Assembly (NCBI GenBank): GCA_965197905.1
Contig: CBDAOB010000005.1
Span: 1,024,001 to 1,088,000, forward strand
Length of the DNA: 64,000 nucleotides
Reading direction: 5' to 3'
From: Candidatus Latescibacterota bacterium
GTDB taxonomy: Bacteria > Latescibacterota > UBA2968 > UBA8231
Of this stretch, positions 39,242 through 50,504 are shown piece by piece (within the stretch, counting starts at the first letter, position 1; the number at the start of each line of letters is the position of its first letter). Below the pieces are notes generated by a model, which was not told the DNA's origin, made no database searches, and saw only the letters and a list, made by a program, of their open reading frames with translations. Both the position numbers and the translations under genes were made by a program.

Positions 39242-42200
39242 ATGAACGCTATAGCCGCACTATCGCTTCTTCTGCTGGTTCTTTCTTTCCCAGGACACAC
39301 CCAGACCCTTGAACAGCTGGATGCTTCAGTGCCATCTGATTGGTGGTCCGAAAGCGGCAACCACATGGACGGGCTGTGGGTGAAAGACGGTATCGTTTTT
39401 TCCGTCTCCGATCGCAAAGACCGCTTGATTCTTGAAGGTCCTGGGTTCCAGGTTACGGATGAGACCGTCTTTATCAACAGCAACTTCTGGAACAACGATC
39501 CCTCAGAATTCGATGGCCGCGAGCTATCACTCGCCGAGTTCGCCGAACGGATCGAAGCCGGAGAAGCCCCGGATTTGGTCACCGTCTGGAGCTTGCCTTT
39601 GAGCGACGGCAGCGCCGTTGCCCAACGGGCACAGTACGGCATCTCGCCCGAACCTACCGATCGCGCCTTTCACTTCGGCCGCATTGAACAGGACGAAGAT
39701 CGCGGCACGATCCTTCGCGCCTTGGGAGAGCATTGGGAACTGGTGGGGGAGGTGGGAGATGAAAACGGCGATCCCATCGTGGACCTCTTCGGGGATCTGC
39801 TGCAAACCGAGAAATTCCCCCTTCCGGGTGACCGCGTGCGTTTGCTTCTGCACAACGGCACCGTTCTGCGCATCGTTCGCGATCCGCCCCTCATCGGGGA
39901 GTCCCATCACGCATCCACCTTCACCGAACGCCGGATCATTGGCGAGATCTTGCCCGATCGCCGGGCGTTACGCCTTCAGGGTCCCGTTGTCGTGGTTGGG
40001 GCGCACACCGAGTTCTACAACGAGCGCGGACTCGGTATCGACCGGGAGGCTTTTGCCGATCGGTTGGAACCGGGCGATCCGCTCCAGGTGGAAGGCGAAT
40101 ACCGGGGGCAGCTCTTTCACGCTCGAAGCGTCGACCTGCTGCAGGACATTCACGAGTCGAGGGCATTTCGTGACGGCAACTTCTGGCGCTTTTATGCCGG
40201 AAAATTCGAAGTCACCACGGGTGCCTTGAGGACCCTGGAACAGCATTACACCCAGGTCGCAGCAGACGCCTCGTTGGTCGACGTGGAAACAGATGCCCGC
40301 ATCTCCTTCGAGGATCTCGTCTCGGGGATGTCGGTCAGGATCGAGCGGCTGCATTGCACTGATCCACGGCACACACCGACTGCCGAACTCCGCAGCAAAC
40401 ATTTCTGCGATATCGTTGTCGCGCTGGACGCCAACGTCCCCATTGACGCCGATGTGGAGATTTACCACGAGTGGAACCGGGACGGTATCGTTGCGCGCAT
40501 CGAGGAGAACTTCGTGGGCCGAGAGCTGGTTCTGCAGGGTCCGATCGTGCGCAGGGATCGATTCACCGAGATAACTACTGGCGACGGTTTTCCCGCCGAT
40601 CTCCATGAGCTGCGTCCCGGGCAGAAGGTCTATCTGGAGATCGTGCCGGCCCGTGACCCCCTCGTCGCTTTGGCACGAAAAATACAGATGTGGAACCCGC
40701 AACTGGGCTACGGTGACGGGCCCGGAATCGCCATCGGCACGATCGATGCGGTTGAGAACGATCTCATCTATCTAGAAGGAGAGCGATTCTCCCTGCCCGC
40801 CGAGCTGGTGGTTCAGGATGAGGAGGGTGAAGAGCTGAAGACCCAGCAGTTGAAGGGCGGAACCTATGTGGAATTGAGGATTCAGGACACCTCGGTGGGC
40901 CGTCGAACCACACAGATTCGAATCCAGAGTAGGGATCCGCATTTTCAGCCTCAGCGCGAAGAGCAGGTTCAGCTCTTCGAAATCGCCAACGATGGCAGGT
41001 TGATCCTCGCCGGTCCGCGAATGACGCTGGTTCCCCGGCCCGCCGGCTCCACCCGCGGCACCGAGCTCATCGGTCGCCACGGTGAAGAGCTCTCGTTGAC
41101 CGAATTCTCGGAGGAGATTGGGCGATCTCCGGATGTGAAGCTCATCGCCGTCAACCGAACTAGCCGTGCCTCAGGGGTGGAAGTAGCGTTATTGGTTCGC
41201 ATCTACAACCATCAGGTCCCGTGGGAAGAGCAAGTACCGGACGGAGCTGAGGTCGGATACCTGGGATGGTTGGATGGGGATCAGCTGCAGCTGATTGACA
41301 GGGATCGCTGGTTACATCTGGCTGTGGATGCGAGCGTCCGCCGTGACGGAGAGCTTTTGCCGCTGGAATCCGTTGCTCCCGGGTCGACGGTGCGGATCAG
41401 CATCGCCTCAGTCCCTTCCGGATACGCTCGTTTCTTCGGGGATATCGTCAGTCACATCGAGGTCGCCACCGGATCTGTTGCACATGAAGGCCGGTCCGGT
41501 GCCATCCAAGGCGTCATCGAGGAGCTGGACCAAAGAGGCCGCAGTTTCGCGCTGCGGGGAACCGAATTTAGATACGACCCCTTTCTCACCACCGTCATGT
41601 TGTCGAGCGGTGAGCGCGTCAGCGTAGAGGAGTTGAGCAGCGGAGAATTGCTGGCCATCGAATCCGTCCCGGGTGAGATACCTACGGCGACCCAGATATT
41701 TGTCGTCGGCGACGAAAGTCTCCGCTTCGGTGGGGAGATGGCATTCGGGCGACTGCGGTCGTATCACGTCGGCGACCGGCTTCTCAGTGTTGAAGGACCA
41801 CAGTTCGAGGTACCGGAATCAGTCGAGATCTACAGTGCGGACGGACGGCAGCTGACTTTGGCCGACGTGCGGCCGGGGCATCGGGTTTCCGTATACGTGG
41901 ACGGGCATTCCGCGTCTATCGCTCGCCGCATCGAGATTCAGCACGAATTGGAGGAGGAATCCGGATTGAGCGTGGTTTCCGGCGTGCTCACTTCCGGATC
42001 CAAAGCGGATCTCTACGACATCGAGGTGCAGTTCAGCGAGCCACTAGTAGTCCGCCGCAGTTACGTCGCCGTCGATATGGCGTTGCATCCACGCCCCCCG
42101 GCAGGAGATCTCATGGGATACCTGAATGCAACCCGCGACTTGGAGGAGGGCAACCGGAGAATCGTCCTGAGGGACGTGCCGCTTGATCCCCAGCAGACCT

Positions 42201-44454
42201 ATCAGCTCTCTGTACTGTCGGCCCGCGGGTCTTCCGGTCGCGAGCTGACACAACCTGTCCACCTGCTGCTGGGTAATCAACCACCCGCCTCCGAGCTGGG
42301 CACCTTCGCTGGTGCGATCCGGCTGCACGGGGATGAGATCGCAGATGCCTCGGTGCTGTTGTTCGATCCCTCTCGCGATATTCTGCAAGTGATTACGGGC
42401 ATAAACGTTGGAACTTCCGGCCGCTTTCGGTTCGTTGGCCTGGTGCCCGGGTCCTACAGTGCTTTCGCTCAGATCGAGACCGCCGGCGGGGTCTCGCTGC
42501 TGGAGTTTTTCGACGCTGACGGAGACGGCGAACGAGACATCATCACCGTCAATTCGGACACCGAGATCGATCTGGAATACGAGTTCTGGGTCGACGGCGG
42601 CGCGCCGGTGACAGCGATGGGACAGGGAACAGCTTCGTGGGACCTGGACCCTGCTGCGGGCAACCAGTTCGTATCAGATCAAGAGGTAAAGCCGGGTGAC
42701 ACCGTGAGATTGTCGTTATACGGGTCCGACTTGCAGGAGGTAACCGGGGTTTCAGCTGTCGTGCGCTTCGATACCTTACAGCTGTCCTTCGAGCGGGTAT
42801 CCGAAGACACCGAGGACGAGATTCATCTACTGCGCTCCCGGCGGGGTGCTATCCCGCTGTTTCTGCCTCCCCGTCTTGCGATGATGGGGTGCAGTTCGGC
42901 GGTGCCATACTCAGCCCGACGGCCAACACGGCGGCGACGGGAGACGGGCTACTTGGGATATTCGATTTCACCGTCTTGGATGGGTTTGCAGGGACGCAGA
43001 TAGAACTCGAGGAGTTGGTATTGAGCGTCGTGGGAGGGAGCCGAGATACCCTGGACGTTAACGCTACTGCTGTCCTCGAAGCACCTTCCATAGCTCCCCG
43101 AATCTCACCAAGCAGGTTTTCGTTCGATCTGAATCCGAACGCGGGGGACGATCGGGTGCCCGAGCTGGGGGAGATTCAGGCCGGCGACCAGTTTGAGGTG
43201 GCGATTTACATCAACGATGCCACCGCGATAGCCAACTATTCAGTGAAAATCGCGTACGATACCGAGCAACTGGAGTACCTGGAGTATTCTATCCACGGAA
43301 CGAATGAGCCTCCCTTTCTCTCCTCAGCTGGCGGAAGGATCGTCGCGCTGCCTCCGATAGTTGGGAATGGCTCGTTGGAGTTCGGCAATGCCCTCCTGGG
43401 GCCCTCTGCAGACGAGGCACCGTCGGGGAACGGCATAGTGGCTATCCTCACCTTCGCCGCCACTGCGCATTTCTTGGAAACCGAGCTCACCATCGTCGAC
43501 TATTCAACGCGGAGCTTCGATGGAACGAACGAAACCCTGGCAACACCTGTCGTTGCGCGCTTGACCAATAAGTCGTTGGGCGCAATCGCCAAGGTCGACG
43601 CCGATTTCGATAACGATCAGCGAGTCGATTTCAACGACTTCTTCATGTTCGCAGACGCGTTTGGGCGCCCCGATTTCGACCCCGTATTCGATCTCGATGG
43701 CAACGGGGCGGTGGAGTTCGGTGATTTCTTTCTCTTCGCCGATCACTTCGGCCAGGCCGCCGGCAAAGCGATTGTGGTCGACCAGCTCACCTCGGTGCCG
43801 GGGGGGCTCGCTCTAATTGGTAAACCTTCCGGGGACGAGTTTACGTTAGAGCTGCATAGCCAGGATATGGAGCTAAGGGCGTTCCAAGCTGTAATCCGGT
43901 ACGACGCTGACCGGTTCAAGCTGCTGCCGAACGACCCACTCCAGGACGAACGAAACCTGTTGATGGTGTTCCCTGTTGACGGAGAGATTCAGATCCTGGG
44001 GGGGCAAGCTGGAGGCAGCGCCTACCAAAACAGCATGCTTGCCCAGTTGCGATTCGCTCCCGTATCCGAAACCTCCAGAGGGAATTTCATCGTCGAATCG
44101 GCAAATGTGAGTCTCACCGGCGGTACCATCGGTCAACCGGAACGGCTGGGAGGACACCGAGTAGAGATGCTGCCGGCCGAATTTTCGCTGGAACCGAATT
44201 TTCCGAATCCGTTCAATCCCACAACCTCCATCCGCTACAACCTGCCGGCCGGCGCCCGCGTGACCCTCGAGATTTTCAACAGCATCGGACAGCGGATACG
44301 GACCCTGGCGGATGGCGCCCACCAACCGGGAAGCTACGCGGTGGAATGGGATGGCATGGACCAGCATCGCACAGCCGTCGCTGCAGGGTTATATTTCTAT
44401 CGGCTTCACGCCGGCGATCAGGTGCAAACGAGAAAAATGATACTGGCTAAATAA
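39242..44454 (+). CDS. Giant secreted protein: DUF5666-like repeats, Ig-like, cohesin-like x2, dockerin/EF-hand-like, FlgD/T9SS-like CTD; -1 frameshift at ~42878
   Basis: Signal peptide; repeated 'G.I..I...L.L.G..F.V...T.I......L..L.PG..V' units; 'DLDPAAGNQ' and 'DLNPNAGD' cohesin-like starts; 'DFDNDQRVDFNDFFMFADAFG...DLDGNGAVEFGDFFLFADHFG'; 'NFPNPFNPTTSIRY...RKMILAK'. Confidence 0.8.
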
Positions 44455-44465
44455 GGATCGCGAAA

Positions 44466-44975
44466 ATGTCAGCGAACAGGTCTTGCGTGCGGGCAGCTTT
44501 CGTCTCTTTTGGCATGGTCATTCTAGCGTGCGGCAAACTTCAAGCGGAGCGCGCGCTGCCTTTCAGCCTGCCCAAGGTGAATGGATCTCAGTTCGTGCTG
44601 GAGGAGGAGTTGGGTCGCGGACCGCTGGTGTTCGATTTCTGGGCGACCTGGTGCAAACCGTGTATCAAAGCGCTGCCCGGGTTGCAAACGATCGCGAAGG
44701 AGTATGCGCCGCGCGGGGTAAAGGTATTCACCATCAACATCGATGGGCCGCGAAACGAATCGAAGATCCAGCTTTTTTTGCGCCGTTACCGGCTCGAGCT
44801 GCCCGTGCTGCTGGACAAGACTAACGCCTTGATGAAACAGTTTCATTTCGTTGCCCCGCCGGCGACGATGGTCATCGCCCGCAACGGTGAAGTGGTCTAC
44901 AAACGGGAAGGGTACAAACATGGGGACGAGGCGAAGCTGCGGCAGGTGCTCAACCAGTTGCTTGCCAGCCAATGA
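44466..44975 (+). CDS. TlpA-family thiol:disulfide oxidoreductase
   Basis: 'DFWATWCKPC'; N-terminal signal; cis-Pro region 'APPAT'. Confidence 0.9.
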   Translation: MSANRSCVRAAFVSFGMVILACGKLQAERALPFSLPKVNGSQFVLEEELGRGPLVFDFWATWCKPCIKALPGLQTIAKEYAPRGVKVFTINIDGPRNESKIQLFLRRYRLELPVLLDKTNALMKQFHFVAPPATMVIARNGEVVYKREGYKHGDEAKLRQVLNQLLASQ

Positions 44976-44987
44976 GCATCGAGCCGT

Positions 44988-46547
44988 TCAGAATACGCGG
45001 CTGACCAGGCGGAACTCGAGACCTTCAAAGCCCAGCACCTCGTAACAGGTCCCCCCGGTACAGGCCAGGCCAGGTCGCCGCTTGCCGGCGAACAGATTGA
45101 GGTTGCGGCCGTTCTGAATCTCCCAGTTCATGTTGCCTCCCCACCAATAGGTCGTTCCCGAGATATCGGCGCCGCGCTCCAGCTCGTCGGTGGACCGCTG
45201 GAGAACGATCGACCAGGACCAGGCAGGGGCACGGTCCACACCCAAGGTTAGATACAGGTTGCGGTAGGGAAGCTTCTCCCGACCGAAGCGACGGTCAACG
45301 TCCTGGAATTGAAGATCTCCACGGCCGGCGTAGCGCGAGGTCGCCTGCCAATCTATCCCGCTTCCGACGGTGCGTCGACGCTCGTTGTTGAAGCTTCGAT
45401 CGCGGCTGTAGTCCGCGAAGAGCTGACCGTCGACGTCGGCGCCAAGAGGGAGGTCGGCTTGGGCGAACAGTTCCCAGGAATTCATGTCGTCCTCGGATCC
45501 TGCATCACCCCGCCGTTTGTAGGTTGTGAAATTGGTGGTGAGGGTCTGTCCGCCGAGGAATCCGTAGCTGATCTCGAGCTGGGTTCCACTCTCGTCATCC
45601 GCCAGGAGTTCGTGGGTATCCCGGTTCAGCAGATACGATTCATGCTCGCGAATCAGCGGTGGCGGGTTGTTGATCGTCGAAAAAGCGAAACGCCGGTAAT
45701 CCTTGTATTCGAAGCTCAAGCCGAAACCTCCACGGGCCAGGGTGAAGGAGGAGTAGAGCGCCCGCGGCAGGTCGCGATCGAGCGAGAACCAGCGGCCGAG
45801 GTCCATATCGTACTGGGCGTACTCGCCGTAGATCTCGGTGTAGCTGTCGCGCAACCCGAGGCGCTCCAAAAAGCGGCCAAGGCGAAGTCGGGTGAACAGG
45901 GTGCCGGCATTCTGCTCCCGGCCACCCGACTTGATCTCCAGCAATCCCGTACCCAGATCGAGAAAGGGCGTGGGTTTCAATTCGACCCGGCTGCCGGCGA
46001 CAGCGCCCCGACGCCGATCTATGCCAGAGAGGCCTGGCGGGAAATTGCTATTGAGGGGTGAGCCGCGCAGCAAGACCAGGTCCACCATCCTGTTGTGGTA
46101 TCGCAGCTGAACCCCATCTAGATCGCGAGTCAACTGGTACCGACGGCGCGCGCCCCGCTCCTCGGTGATCACCCCCGGCTGCTCGAACGCATGGAGAAGG
46201 AGCCCCTGCCCGATTATGCTGTAATAGCTGCCGACACTCAGCTCGATCGGTCCGCGATGATAGCGCACGAAGCGCTGGACGAGCTCGTTGTAATTGCGAC
46301 CATCTTCGCTGGTTCGGTAACTCTCGTCGCGTACTCCCGCCTGGAGAGCCCCGTAGGTCAGGTCCAGGTTCAGCTGCAGGTACCCGGTGCGCATACCCGC
46401 CGGTTTGTCACCGGGTATGTTGCCCAACTGAGCCTCGGATAATGTGCTGATGCTCACCTGGGCTCCGGCACCAGTGGTCCAGAGAAAACAGACGACGCCA
46501 AGTGCAACGGTGAGAAGGCCAGTTCCACGGCTCATATGTGCCATCAT
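44988..46547 (-). CDS. Outer-membrane beta-barrel protein, DUF6029-like
   Basis: Signal peptide; 'VGSYYSIIGQGLLL', 'EYKDY', 'NNPPPLIREH'; C-terminal 'GLACTGGTCYEV..FEGLEFRL'. Confidence 0.7.
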   Translation of the reverse strand: MMAHMSRGTGLLTVALGVVCFLWTTGAGAQVSISTLSEAQLGNIPGDKPAGMRTGYLQLNLDLTYGALQAGVRDESYRTSEDGRNYNELVQRFVRYHRGPIELSVGSYYSIIGQGLLLHAFEQPGVITEERGARRRYQLTRDLDGVQLRYHNRMVDLVLLRGSPLNSNFPPGLSGIDRRRGAVAGSRVELKPTPFLDLGTGLLEIKSGGREQNAGTLFTRLRLGRFLERLGLRDSYTEIYGEYAQYDMDLGRWFSLDRDLPRALYSSFTLARGGFGLSFEYKDYRRFAFSTINNPPPLIREHESYLLNRDTHELLADDESGTQLEISYGFLGGQTLTTNFTTYKRRGDAGSEDDMNSWELFAQADLPLGADVDGQLFADYSRDRSFNNERRRTVGSGIDWQATSRYAGRGDLQFQDVDRRFGREKLPYRNLYLTLGVDRAPAWSWSIVLQRSTDELERGADISGTTYWWGGNMNWEIQNGRNLNLFAGKRRPGLACTGGTCYEVLGFEGLEFRLVSRVF

Positions 46548-46572
46548 CGATGAGCCGTGGAATGGGCTCGCA

Positions 46573-47925
<1,353 letters not shown>

Positions 47926-47982
47926 CTATTTTAGCCAATTCGGCCACAAAAATGAAGCGACCCTCATAAGGAGAGAACCCAC

Positions 47983-48876
47983 ATGCCCTGGTTACAGACC
48001 GAAGAGAAGCTCCAGCTTCTAGGTATCTATGCCCATCCCCACGATTTAACCCATGCGATCGGGACCATGGGGAATCACGTGAAAAACGGCGACGCCGCCA
48101 CGGTGGCAATCGTGACCGATGGCGGCGCCACCCACAACGAGCGCCTCTGGGAGGAGCTGCACAAGGAAGGCGCCGAGCGCAACAGCGATGTGACCGAGCA
48201 GAAACGGCAGGAGTACGCTCAGCAGAAGTACGAGGAGGCGAAAACCGCCTGCTCCTATTTCGGGGTTACCGACGTCCGCTTTCTCGGCTACAAGGACAAG
48301 CCACTTCTGCGCACCGACGAGATGGTGGAAACGGTGGTCGATCTGATTTGCGAGGTGAGACCCGACATATTGATCACCGAGGTGCCGGCGCTGCACTGGA
48401 TGGATCGCACCTTCGTAACCCCGGACGATCACAGCACCTGCTCTGCTGTGGTGACAGAAGCGCTTATTATCGCCCAGCACCCGCACCTGGACGGAGACAA
48501 ACAGCGCATCCCCCACAAACCGGGCCGGATCTATTACATGTCACCGGGCCAACCCGGTGATCAGGTGGATGTTTACATCGACACCTCCGAATGGGAGGAG
48601 GAGCGGATCAAAGCGGAGATGGCGTATGCTTCCCAGGGACACACACCGTCCTACGCCCGCCAACGGGTGCTGCGCCAGTGTGGTAGCTACGGCTGGTCCG
48701 CCGGCGTCAATCTGGCGGAGAAGTTCCTCAAGGGGAATCGCAACGTTGCCTCGTATTTGCCCATTACCGATCTCGACCTGGAGCATTCTCGTGGCTCTGG
48801 GATCGATCACGCCGTAAATGTCATGGGCGATGAATACCGGGAAGAAGTGAACCGCACCCTGCGCGCCAAAAATTGA
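47983..48876 (+). CDS. PIG-L/LmbE family de-N-acetylase
   Basis: 'YAHPHD', 'VTDGG', 'VRFLGYKD', 'RPDILIT', 'PDDH', 'YASQ'. Confidence 0.85.
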   Translation: MPWLQTEEKLQLLGIYAHPHDLTHAIGTMGNHVKNGDAATVAIVTDGGATHNERLWEELHKEGAERNSDVTEQKRQEYAQQKYEEAKTACSYFGVTDVRFLGYKDKPLLRTDEMVETVVDLICEVRPDILITEVPALHWMDRTFVTPDDHSTCSAVVTEALIIAQHPHLDGDKQRIPHKPGRIYYMSPGQPGDQVDVYIDTSEWEEERIKAEMAYASQGHTPSYARQRVLRQCGSYGWSAGVNLAEKFLKGNRNVASYLPITDLDLEHSRGSGIDHAVNVMGDEYREEVNRTLRAKN

Positions 48877-50456
48877 CCGCGCCGAAGGTCTCCCCGTTTA
48901 CGCAGCCGCAACTGCGACCCGATCGCACTCGGCGCAGCCTCGGCTCGTGGAATCCACTGGTGGATCTCACCGAGATCTACGCCGGGCATCGCAGCACCGA
49001 TCGCCTCGGGGTCTACGATCTCTTCGATGCTCCGGTTGGGATTGCCCTGCGGGTCGAGATGGCAGGGCGTTCGGACATCTTGCTGGAAGCGGACCCGCCG
49101 TGGGAAGCCGGAGGCTCGGTGGGCCCGCTCTTCATCTGGAAGACGGATGCTGGTTTCCACATGCTCTATGAGACCAAGAGTGGAACCGGTTATGCCAGCA
49201 GCGACGACGCCTATAACTGGACACGCCCGGAGCTGGGTGAGGTGGAGTTCGAGGGTTCCACGGCCAACAACCTCTTGGCGAACGGCATCGTCGGTTCAAC
49301 CGGGGTCTTCCTCGATCCACATGCTCCACCTGAAGAGCGCTTCAAAGCGATGGGCGGGGATATGGCGTGGTATGATCCAGAAACCTGCCAGCCGCTGGAC
49401 AACGAGGACGCGATGAAGCGGTACGACGCTCAGGAATACGGCGGCGCGGATTACGATGGCCCACGGGCGGAGATCTGGGGTCGTATGTTGGGATGGATCT
49501 CCTCCGACGGCCTTAAATGGGAGCAATTGCCGGAGCTCGGGAATCGTCCGGTCAATGGCGGCATCTCCGCGCGCTGGGACGAAACCACGGAACAGTACAT
49601 CTGCTACCAGCAGATTGCGGGCTATCCGGCCGAAGCATTGAAAGGGATTGGCAGCGCCAAGCTGGAGCAGGAATGCCAGCGCCGCACCATCGCCTTTTCG
49701 TGCACCCGGGACTTCCGGGTATGGCCGGCCCCCAAGCAGATCCTGGCGCCCGACGCCCAGGACGAGCTCGACATCGATTTCTACGGCGCCAACTACTTTC
49801 CGTATCCAGGGCGCACCGATCTACACACCATGATCATTCCGGTCTTTCACCGGGCGATAGACCACGTCGACACCCAGATCGCTTTCAGTCGCGACGGATT
49901 ATTCTGGGACCGGCCGGAGCGGCGAGCGCTGCACACAGTAGGACCTCCCGGCAGCGGCGAGGACTGTCAGGTGCATACCTGGCGCAACGGTATCGTGGAG
50001 CTGCCGGACGGGTTTTGGGCGGTACCCTATACCGGGCTCTCGGGTTTGCACAACGTAGAAAAGGAGTTCCAAAAGCAGCTCTTCCCGCAACACCGTGAGA
50101 TCCAGATCCGTTACGCCCTTTGGCAGCCGCACCGTCTCTGTGGCATCGAAGCCGAGGCCGAAGGACGGTTTACCATTCCTACTATATACCGCAGCGGCGA
50201 CCAGCTGCGATTAAACTACCGTTGCGCCCCCGGCGGCTGGATCGCCGTCGAGCTGCTCCCGAAAACCCCCACCCGCAGTCAGCCCGACATCGAACCGCCT
50301 GACGGATTCTCCTTCGAGGACTGTGAACGCTTGATGGGGGATGAAACAGATCGGGCCGTGACCTGGAACGGCAACACTGATATCACCTCTTTGGGTGATA
50401 CGGTTTCGATTCGCGTAAAGATGTTTCAGGCAAAGCTGTTTGCCTACAAAGTTTGA
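48873..50456 (+). CDS. Uncharacterised beta-propeller protein, tandem paralog of 50505..52085
   Basis: 'WTRPELGEVEFEGSTANN', 'DPHAPPEERFKAM', 'FSRDGLFWDRPER', 'KMFQAKLFAY'. Confidence 0.75.
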   Translation: MTAPKVSPFTQPQLRPDRTRRSLGSWNPLVDLTEIYAGHRSTDRLGVYDLFDAPVGIALRVEMAGRSDILLEADPPWEAGGSVGPLFIWKTDAGFHMLYETKSGTGYASSDDAYNWTRPELGEVEFEGSTANNLLANGIVGSTGVFLDPHAPPEERFKAMGGDMAWYDPETCQPLDNEDAMKRYDAQEYGGADYDGPRAEIWGRMLGWISSDGLKWEQLPELGNRPVNGGISARWDETTEQYICYQQIAGYPAEALKGIGSAKLEQECQRRTIAFSCTRDFRVWPAPKQILAPDAQDELDIDFYGANYFPYPGRTDLHTMIIPVFHRAIDHVDTQIAFSRDGLFWDRPERRALHTVGPPGSGEDCQVHTWRNGIVELPDGFWAVPYTGLSGLHNVEKEFQKQLFPQHREIQIRYALWQPHRLCGIEAEAEGRFTIPTIYRSGDQLRLNYRCAPGGWIAVELLPKTPTRSQPDIEPPDGFSFEDCERLMGDETDRAVTWNGNTDITSLGDTVSIRVKMFQAKLFAYKV

Positions 50457-50504
50457 CGAGTAGCGCCGCTTCCCGCTGGCAACCCGCAGGATGAAAGGCT
50501 AGAT

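Noticed and set aside
39242..44454. Calling the giant protein a cellulosome scaffoldin
   Set aside because: There are no CBM or dockerin-bearing glycoside hydrolases in the window, and the module identities are motif-level only.
44466..44975. Selenoprotein or read-through in the thioredoxin-like gene
   Set aside because: The active site is an ordinary CKPC with no in-frame TGA.
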